A stretch of DNA of 64,000 bases from Magallana gigas (Eukaryota), in NCBI RefSeq assembly GCF_963853765.1, contig NC_088854.1, positions 59,396,001-59,460,000 on the forward strand, in the 5' to 3' direction. The notes under the pieces are model-generated. The model saw only the letters and a program-made list of their open reading frames with translations. It had not been told where the DNA came from and did no database searches. Numbering within the stretch: the first letter of the stretch is position 1; each line of letters begins with the position of its first letter. Positions 50,301 through 61,600 of the stretch are shown piece after piece. A program made the position numbers and the translations under genes.

Positions 50301-53300
50301 ACTTGCCTGAACTGCAGTTCTGACATGTTTTCAGTACCTTGATTGAACATGGTGATCCAAACATTATTTTAAGCTGACAATCTGACATACTTATCAAACA
50401 AATATCACTACTTTATATCTATTTCATTCTAGGTTTATATCTTGTTAGATCATAGTATTCAAAAGTTGTTCAATATCCCACAGACTGCAAACTGCCCTCA
50501 AGAGGGCTCTCTGTCTCCCAGAATACAGTGCAATTCCAGAGCAAAAATATCTTATCTTTAAACAAGTTTTAATTACATTCACTTGCCTGTTTGTTGCATA
50601 CAAAAGGCTCTTCTTTCTGGGATTAAATGAGGGTTGCTTTACAGGACGGAGGGTGGCAGACTGACAACTGTGACTCCACATACCAGTTCCTGTGTGAGGC
50701 GGACAAGAGACCGTCGGAGAAACCCACCACTACCCCACAGGTCCCAGGCTGTCAACCGGTGAGTCTAAAGACCGTAGAGTCAATTAAATTTATAGGGACC
50801 AATTTTATCAATTTTTTTTTTTAAATTGTCATAAGGATTTGATTCTGTATGTCATGAATACAAGGTGCCTATAATTAATTGTTGGGGATGTTAATTTGTG
50901 GGTGAGGGGAACATCAAAAAATGTCTACTGATTCCACAGAATATGTTCCAGTTCCTAGGACTAATATTGTAGGACATATTACTGTTTTGTATTATAATAC
51001 ATGTATTGTTGTGTGATATCTTTACACCTGTACACGACCCTATCTGTCCGTGTGCTCTATAGGGGTGGAAGGCGTACCGCTGGTCCTGCTACCTGATGAT
51101 TGACATGCCACGAACGTTCAGGGACGCCCAGAGAGTGTGTCGGGACAGCAGGGCCACCCTGGTTCAAATCAATGACCGGTGAGTGTCCATTCCATCTCTT
51201 ACAACATGCCCTGGTGAAAATCAACTCTTAAATATCAAACCCAGAGCACAGATGTTTGGTTTACATCTACCACAACCCATGGGGAAAATTATGTAGTATT
51301 AAATACACTGCTAATAAATGGTCACTGAATATAACAAGATATGATACAGTGGGAATGCAGCTTAGATTCTCTCTTGTTTTACATTCATGTGACATGGGTA
51401 TGAATATCAATACATGTACTTATTGATATGGACAGGTATGAGCAGGCGTACCTGTCCAGCACTCTGGGACAGAAGACAGGTATGTACTGGACGGATGTGA
51501 CCGACCTCAGGTCCCCGGGCACCTACCGTTTCTTTGACAACGGCTACCCGTACCTGAGCTACACTAACTGGGGGGATCAGAGACCGGCAGGTACGTATAG
51601 AGAATTTGTAATATCACTGAAATCCACGGTCATTATTGGTACATGTATATATGTTTCAGTCTTTATAGCAATATTCTTAGACCTCTCTGTTAGATTGTTT
51701 TGTATTCAGTAACCTTTATGATGTGTGTACATGTGAACAGTATATGTCTGCCGATGATGATGGTCACAGACAAGGGTCAGAGTATCTAAGTGCTGTTCTG
51801 TAGGGGGTGTGTCTCGCTGCGTGGCCTTGAACTCAGGGGCTGGAGCCGGCCTGTGGTATGACATCATGTGTAACGTGACCTCTGGGGCGATCTGTGAGAA
51901 GCTGAGGCTGGGGTACACTAGTCCCGCCACACCCCCTCCAACGACGCCTGGCCTGCCCTGCCCTGCAGGGTGGATCGAAATCAACAACTTCTGCTATCAG
52001 GTACCAGATGTACTAATGGCGGTAAAATCAATGAAACTATTTCGCGGATCCGTTTATTACAAAAAGATTTCCTTTTCTCCCTTCCTTATTTTCATATGGA
52101 CAGCTCATTTTTTAGTTAAATCAGTACATTTGAATGTGAGTAAGTGAATATAATTGTTATAATACAAGTATATTTTGATGATTATTGGACTTATAATGAT
52201 GTGTTTGCTGTTTGTAGATCAACAACATGCCACAGAATAGGAGGGCTTACTACAAAGATGCTCAACAGGACTGTCAGAACCAAGGGGCTAACCTGGCCAG
52301 CCTCCACAGCCTAACTGATGCTGACGCCCTCTGGCGGGGAAATCTTGTGTACGTGATCATTCACAGAAACTTTTTATTAGCAAGAATTTTTAAGTATTTT
52401 CTTAAATTCAGTATATCTTTTGATTGTGTTGTCATGTTGTAAATACCGTAATTGTATTTGTTTTTTCAGAGGAGCAAAAACAAATTACTGGATTGGATTA
52501 GATGATAATCATGTTGATGGAAACCAGAAAGGTGAACTAGAATTTGTCTGATTGTGCAACATCAGTATTTTATAGCATTCAATCAATCAACAGATCAATC
52601 AATTGATCAATCAATCAATTATTCAGAAGTTATATACATGTCTTACATTTATTATAGTTTTATGATCTGATGTTACCTGTGTTATATATATAAATTATGT
52701 TTATCAACAATCAATCAAAGCAAATGATCTTCCTGACAGTGTACAGATGGACAGATGGCTCCGCTGTGGATTATGTGAACTGGGGCGACAACGAACCCAA
52801 CAACTTCCACGGCTCCGAGGACTGTGTGGAGTTAGTCGTGGGGAACGGGAAGTGGAACGACGTCAACTGTTACTCCAAACGGAACTGGATCTGTAAAATA
52901 GCTAAAGGTAATTCAGTGTTATTCCAAACGGAACTGGGTCTGTAAAATAGCCAAAGGTAACCCAGTAACATTTATATAAACATTACTGGATTTGTGAGCT
53001 TGCAAATGATTTAGAAAAAACAAAATGTCTTTTACAAGGATATTGATATTAAAAACCTATGTATAAAATCAATGAATGTTTAAGATACATCCAAAAAAGC
53101 AAAATCTTAAAGAGCAAAGGGACTTGTTTTTGTTCACTTACCAACAGTTTGGTATTTTGATTATTGTATGACTTATTATCATGTAGCAGTATGATTGAGT
53201 TCTATATGTGTTAATTATTTTGTTGTAGGCTCAAGGTCCTACCAGATAAGAACTACCCCTTTTGCTCCTTCCCCAGGACCTCGTAAGTGTTCAAGCTAAC

Positions 53301-56300
53301 AGCCATTTACTCTTGTCAAGGCTAATTTAGTTGTCATTATGTAATTAACCTGTTACAAGTCTAACTCTGTGATGTACCTTAATGTATTAATTTTCTGTAA
53401 TCTCCATATAAGTGTCTTTGATTTTAGCTGGAAGTTGTGGCTCAGATGTTGGGTGGTTGTTCTACAAGAACCATTGCTATCTGGTCGTGGATGGGGCAGG
53501 GAACCAGGCAAAGACGTGGCGGGAGGCTCGTCGTTTCTGCCAGAGCAAAGGAGGGGACCTGGTCTCTATCGGCAGTGTACTGGAGCAGTTTTTTGTTCAG
53601 CATCAGGTCAGTGAGAGAGGGGCCTGTCTACAATTACTACAGGATATATTTATCTTAAGAGTTCAGATGAATAAGAGAGGGCAACCTACTACTAAATGTC
53701 ATGTGTATCTTAACAGTTTGAAGGGTTAAAATCTGTGAATAAAGTTTTTTTTAAGGAGACCGATTTGGGTATTTTTGCGGAAAAACTACAATAGCATAAC
53801 TCTTTATTTTTTAACCATATGTAATTTAAACCAACTCTAGTTTATTTGCGAAGGTTCATGAAAATCGACCGTCTGGTTCTTTTTAGGGACCATCTCAAAA
53901 TAGAGGTACATTTACTATAGGAATATATAGGAAACTGTCATTTTCCGCACATCAAAGCAGTTTTAAAAAAATACTACAATAGCTTTTTTTCTCAAATTGT
54001 TATATATGATTAGTAATATCATTTCCTACCTTATATGTAAAAAACACAAAATTCTACCGTCTGGTTTTTAGTGGGGGCCATCTCAAAATATTAAAATGCA
54101 CCAAATTTTGCTATATATTTGGATCATCACGAATGATGATTGGTATTATGGATTCATTCCAAAAATGAGGAAAATGTCCTCGAGGATAGCATCATTCTGT
54201 ATATAAAATTTCAACAGCGTACAATTTTTACTTTTTCTTTTATGTTATTTCTTATAATGTACTCTTACAAAGCTTCATTTTATCATAACGTCATAAAAGC
54301 GCAATGGCAATGCTAAAGAAGTATAAATCAACTGTTTTATTTTAGAATGTGCAAAAACATGCGCAATGCAAACTAAAGTCAGCCTCTTTAAGTAATAAAA
54401 TTTAAAATAAAAAAAATAAAAAAAACAACTTCCTCTAAACTTACAATAAATAAACTTCATACACAGCAACCAAAAATGTCCGGGTTATTCGTGTTATCTG
54501 ATTAAGTTCAAGTTCAGTCTGAAATTTATGATTATGGTTAATCTATCTATGAGATTTTCTTGTGATTAAAAAAAATGAGATATAGTATACTGCTCTAAAC
54601 AAAATATGTAAATTAAGAAAAATGGTGTATGTTTCAGATCCTGAACACCTCGGCTGCAGACCTGTGGACTGGATTGAGTGAGGTGGACTTTGGTATAGGA
54701 TACAGGTAAGTTAATGCATTCACCTCCACATAATGGATATATTTACTCCCAGCAGAGACTCGTGACCAAGTGATGGATATATATTTGAAGTGTTCCATTG
54801 CAGTGTCAAAACTTTAACATTAAGTAGATTGGAAACTTTTGAAAAATTATTACAATGTAGTTGTTAATTGTGCTGCTTTAATGTATAGTAACATGAATAC
54901 TAGGTGCTATTGAATAGCAAGCCTCTAGAGAAAGCCCACGCATTTAAAGATTTTGAACTTGGATATGCAAGCACAAGCGACAGAATATCACTTACCGGTA
55001 GTTGGACAAATTACTCAACCCAACAAAAAAAGAACAACATGGGTTCAATAAACTTGTTAAGTGTGAAACATCAAATGAATTTAATGGTAAACCAAATGTT
55101 AATTCACTGCGGGTTTGAGAATGAACCTGTTAGTTCTGTATGGTGTGTAGCTCATTGTTCCGACACTCTGTTTTAGGTGGTCTGATGGTAGCACGGTGTC
55201 GTTCGTAAACTGGAGTCCTGGAGAACCCAACGACTTCTTCGGAGCCGAGGACTGTGTGGAAATCAGAGTGGCTGATGGTGAGATTGTCTGAATTAGAGAA
55301 AGACAGAGGCGTGTTCAACAGAGTGAGTGCTTGCGAGCGCTTACTAAAATTCCCTATACCTGTAACACAAATTTTGGCGAGCGCTCATGAGCGCTCGCTC
55401 TGTTGACCTTGCCTCTGGATTATGGATATTAAGACGGAAGCTGTGTGTAGATAAAGACATATGTTATTTGACTGTAAAATTAGATTTTGTTGATCATCAC
55501 ATTTACCTCTTTGAATTTGTTACTATATATGCAAGCGTATAGTGTTGATTGCAGAATTGTATGGTAGGTGTTGATAAGCCAGATACTGTGAACCAACTTT
55601 TCCTCATGACAACTTCATTTCACAATAGACTTGTAATTAAATGGCTTGTAGAGACAAATTTTCATTATATCAATTGCCAAATGTTTAAAATCTGTAATAA
55701 ATTCAGACGTGTTCAGACATGACCATGGTTCATGGTAAGAACTATTTGCCATAGCAAAGTTCTAAAAAACCTAAATTTTCTTGTGTGTGAATAATATTAA
55801 AAGTTGATGTACAATACTTGTTGCATTCAGTTTTTGGTAAATGATCATCTTTGTGTCTCCAGGTAAATGGAATGATGAGCACTGCTCCAGTCGGCGAGGG
55901 TTTGTCTGTGAGAAGAGGCAGGGTGCAGCCCCCACAAACCCTGTCCCCCCCAAAGTGACAGGGAACTGCCCCGGGGGATACTCGGCGGACAGATTCAGCA
56001 ATAAGTGCTACCGGGTGTTCACCACCCCCATGTCATGGTCCAATGCCTCCAAGTTCTGTATGGGGCAGGGCAGGGAGAAGTACTATCTGGCCAGCATCAA
56101 CAGTGAACTGGACAACGGTAACTATAAAATCTGTCAACCATTATTCCCTTTGCACCAAATAAATCTGTCAACTGCCAGTAACTGTGCACCGTATATCCAA
56201 CTTTGTTCTAGGGAAATCTGATGTACGAGGGTTGTTCGGAAATTATTGAGACAACACGGATATTTCCATTTCTAAGTGACGAATTATGGTGAAAATTGGC

Positions 56301-58501
56301 ATGAACATTAGGAAACCTTAACAAATAACTAAAGAAAGTAATATTTAAAAAATGTTGAATATTTTGTTTACAACGGTAGATAAACAAATCGGTGGTCGGG
56401 GTACCCGCCGCAAGCATAAACTCGGAGAATAAGAAAACTAAAACATCGTCTATCTAAGTGTCTGCAAACTTACAGCTTATACTAAAAGACATCAGATTAT
56501 ATATGGTCATTTTGCTATTTATTGTGACTAACTTTTGATCAAGTTTCACGAGTGTTTGAGTTGAAATACGGATATGGTACAGATATATTTACCAAGCAAT
56601 AGGAATTTGAAAACGACAGTATATAGACATTTGACGTCAAGGCGGCGCAGCGAATATACATCAAAATGATGGAAATTTCGGAAAAAAGACCTTTTAATGC
56701 CACCCAATTGCTTTAACAAAAACTATACGATGGCAAGGGATAAAGAACTTCAGTTTATCGTCTTATTTCACTAATTGTTTAGCTAGAATTCAGACAAAGT
56801 GACTAAATATCAAGTACTTTTTACACATCAACTGATGTAAACAGTTCTAAAATATGTACACAGAATCACTGCAGGAGACATTTCACAGAAATTTGACTTT
56901 TAGTTAGAAATGACCCGATTTTTTCCACAAAAATCAAGAATGGAGGGAATATGCGAATTTTGACATCTTAAAATGTAAACAAAAGATGAGAAATGAAGAA
57001 TTAATTCTAATTTCTGTTTGTTTGTTAGGTTTTAAAATATAGGATCAATAAAAGCGTCAAAAATGACGTTGCGGTAAGTTTGCGGTTGCGCCGGGTCACT
57101 GGGCGATGGCAATTTGGTCAGCTTACCAGGAATGATCTAATCATGCTATGGACAATTAGTTTTTTACATTGATAAATTCTATCCTGGTGTACATTTTGGT
57201 GAAATTTCAAGGATTTATCTTTTCCCCCAAGGAAATTAGACTAAATGTCTCAATAATTTCCGAACAACCCTCGTAAATGTTGAGATATAGACTAGAGGAG
57301 TGTTTAAAAAGTATGCAAGAGATTAATTATTGTAGAATTCTTAATACAGGACTTAGTAGTTTTACTGATATAATCCAATTATCTAGCTTATATCGCTGAC
57401 TTTGTCACTACTTGCTTCAATATGCAAGTCATTTGAAAAGTATGTTTAGATTGTCAAAGAATAAATCATTTTACATTGTAAATGCAATGCTTCCATTTCT
57501 TTCCAGCATTTGTGACTACCTTGCTTAGGGACATGAACTTCAGTCCTTGGATAGGGCTAGTGAAACAGAGCGATGGAACGTTTCGCTGGGTGGACAATAA
57601 CGATGTCACGTACACCAACTGGTACCAGGGGGAGCCCAACGGGATCCGAGGAGTGGTAAGTGTCTTACAGTTAGTGTACATTTATTGTCCTGTTTTGAAA
57701 AATATTGCAGGTAGATGAAAAAACTGGACATTGTAGAAAGGTTTATGAGTACAACATAAGTTACTTGTAAAACATAGGTTTACATTTATAACATAGGTTT
57801 ACATATACAACATATATTTACATGTAAAGGTTTACATGTACAACAAAGGTTTACACGTACAACATAGGTTTCCACATATAAAATAGGTTTATAGATACAA
57901 CAAGGGTTTACATGTACAATGTAGATTTACATGATCAACATAGATTTACATGTACGACAAAGGTTTACATGTACAACATGGTTTACATTACACATTCAAC
58001 ATAGGTTTATAGATACAACAAAGGTTTACACGAATAACATAGGTTTACATGTTAAACATAGGTTTACATTTACAACATAGGTTTATATCTACAATATAGG
58101 TTTATATGTACAACAAGTTTACTTGTAAAACATAGGTTCACACAACTGTGGTTTCATTAATATTCAAGGGCATCAATTTTCGTGGAAGAAGTAAAAATCA
58201 CAGTTTCAAGGATAGGTTAATTCGTGGCAAATGACCCTATCAATATAAAATGTTAATAGAAATTGCACTTCGATGAACATTTAATTTCGTGGATCAACTA
58301 AACAACGAAATCCACGAAAATTGGTATTCAATGAATATTGATGAAACCACAGTAACTATTTTATTGTAGATAGATTTACAACAAGCTTACAACATATACA
58401 GATAGCATTTCCGTATACAAAATGTTGACATCACAGACATTGACTTTTTAGCTCACCTGAGCTTTTCTGATCACAATTTGTCCGTTGTCTGTCGTTGTCG
58501 T

Positions 58502-58532
<31 letters not shown>

Positions 58533-58580
58533 AAGAACCACTGGGCAGATTTCAACCAAATTTGGCACAAAGCACCACTA

Positions 58581-58617
<37 letters not shown>

Positions 58618-61600
58618 TGCCCTCTTTAAAGGGGAGATAATTGAGAATTATTGAAAATTTGTTGGTATTTTTCAAAAATCTTCTCAAAAACTATTTGGCC
58701 TGAAAAGCTGAAACTTGTGTGGAGGCATCTTCATGTAGTGTAGATTCAAGTTTGTTCAAATCATGTTCCCCAGGAGTAGGGATGGGCCACAAGAGGGGGA
58801 TCAAGTTTTACATAGGAATATATAGAGAAAATCTTGAAAAATCTTCTTCTCAAAAACTATTAGGCCAGGAAAGCTCAAATTAAAATGGAAGCATCCAAGT
58901 TTGTTCAAATCATAGTCCCTGGGGGTAGGATGGGGTCACAATGGGGGATCAAGTTTTTCATAGGAATATATAGAGAAAATCTTTTTAAATCTTCTACTTA
59001 AAAACTATTAGGCCAGGAAAGCTCAAATTTGAGTGAAAGCATCCTCATATAGTGTAGATTCAAATTTGTTCAAATCATGGTCCCCCGGGGTAGGGTGGGG
59101 CCACAATTTGGGAATAAATTTTTATACAGGAATATATAGAGAAAATCTTTTAAAAAAATTTCTTTTAAAAACTATTTGGCCAAGAAAGCTCAAATTGGCG
59201 TGTAACCATCCTCAGATAATGAAGATTCAAGTTTGTTCAAATCATGGTCCCTGGGGGTAGGGCGGGGCCGCAATGGGGGATAAATTTTGATATATAGAGA
59301 AAATCTTTAAAAATCTTCTTCTCAAAACTATTAGGCCAGGAAAGCCCAAATTTGAGTGGAAGCATCCCCAGATCGTATAGATTCAAGTTTGTTTAAATAA
59401 TAGTCCAGGGGTAGGGTGAGGCCACAATGCAGGATGAATTTTTACATAGGAATATATAGAGAAAATCTTTAAAAATCTTCTTTTTAAAGACTATTTGGCC
59501 AGAAAAGCTTAAACTTGTGTAGAGGCATAGGAATATATAGAGAAAATCTTTAAAAATATTCTGGGAAAGTTTTCAGTCCAAAACTCAGTACTTAGTGTGA
59601 AAGCACAGGTTATGCAGGTTTAAGTTTGATGAAACCATGATTCCCTAGAGAAAAGTGGGGCCACAAAGTGGGGGGGGGGGTATATAGGAATAGAGAAAAA
59701 TCTTCTTACAGGTACAACAACAAAAGGGGCTTGGTATTTACCAAAAAAAAGAGGTAGATAAAAATTGGCAGATTTTCATTTTTTTTTAGCAAGATGTACT
59801 GCACTTAGTTGTCAAGATATTTTGATACTGTAATGTTAATTTGATCAGAATTAAAGCAATTGTTGCTCAGGTGAGCGATGTGGCCCCTGGGCCTCTTGTT
59901 ATATTGTTAATTTATGACTGGTAAGTTAAAAACTTGGATCGACTTTCATGCTGCTGTTTGTCCAATCAGGACATGAATAGTATTTGAAATTTGAAAAAAT
60001 CAGGCTGATTCTGGTAAATTTTGTTAATTTTTTGGTTCTTATTACTTATAAGATTAATCATATTAAAAACCAATGAAATTACAGCACTACCAGTATTTCT
60101 CATAAAAATTGATGCAACCCTCGTCAGATTATCAAAAAAAATGAAATCTGTTGTATTTATTTAAACTTTTTAAGCAGTGAAAGAGTTCTTATTAAAATAT
60201 CTATGGTATGTGTTGAAACACTTAAAAAAAATTATCAAAAATGTCAGGAGTTTGGTATACAGAAAGTAACAACTAACAGAACACAATGATGTTTCAGACA
60301 ATGTGTGGGAGGATCTATGGTTACCAGCACAACGCAGGAAGCTGGGACGACATGGGCTGCGACAACAAGGCGCCATTCATCTGTGAAACAATGAGAAGTA
60401 TATATGATCCATCACAAATTCTGTTTACTTATCATATATATTTGTTTGGCATGCTGTAAAAGTGGTTATTTACGTGTTGGGGGATTTACACTAGTTACGC
60501 GATAAGCTTAAAACCGCTTATTTAAACTTAAAATTTAGTAAAAGAACTCAAAACGTTTGTGTGGTAAATGACACATCCACGTATTTAGTACCCACGCATA
60601 TTGTTTGACTTAAAAAAACACGTAATTTACCCCCAGCGTAAATAACCACTTTTACAGTTAATAAAAAATAAATGTACCCGGTACCATCATTTGCTCAACA
60701 AAAAGTATTCATCATATGGACCTTGACCTTTCACAAGCAATTCAGGTGTTGAAATCAATTAATTTTTTAATGTCTTGATAGGGTATACAGATAAAATTTT
60801 GCCTTAACCTTTCACATTTTCGTCATTCATCTTTTTTACAAAGAAAATTTGAAATAAGTTATACATGAATATCTCTTTGAAGACAATTTTTTTAGTCAAA
60901 TTAAGATCAGAATAAGATTGTTTACAAGTATGATTTGGCAGAGATAGCATAGGGTGAAACTGATCTTATATGTTATAAATGTTTGGTATTTGATCTTATA
61001 TCAAGGTCAATATTTGAGGTTACCAACACTTAGTTCTGTGTTTTGTTATCAGAAACCTACATCACTACTCCAGAGCCCATACCTAACCCCTGTAACAGCA
61101 AGCAGGGCTTTAAGCCATTTGGCAATAGCTGCTTTAAGTTTGTGACCAGCCCCAAATCCTGGACTGATGCCAGTAAGTACTGTAGCAACCAGGGGGCCTT
61201 CCTGGTCACCATCTCCAGTGAGTTTGAGCAGGCCTTCATCCGACTGATGGTCGACGGAACCCAGACCTGGACCGGACTCAACGATATCAAGGTCACACAA
61301 AACTCCTTTATCATTTTTTTTTGTTGGATTCAGGTTCTGCTTGAAGTAGCATATTGCACTGTTGCAATATTTATTTCATAATCAGGCACCTGTTTTGTTT
61401 GTTTGTTAAAACTGATTGTGGTTCAGAAGGGTAGTCACTATATTTTATGCAAAAACAAGTGCTTGTGTTGTAATAATTATTTTTACATCTATTGAATATT
61501 TTCTCTCTTCTTTTTTAAGCAGGTTACGTAATTTTTTCTGCAATGATCGCTGCCTTCATACTGGCATGAATCACAAAAGAAAGCATTTATTATATGTATA

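Noticed and set aside
6618-60454. Apparent clustering of MITEs within 30-80 nt of splice sites
   Set aside because: Introns here are short and numerous, so such proximity is expected by chance. It is not testable from one window.
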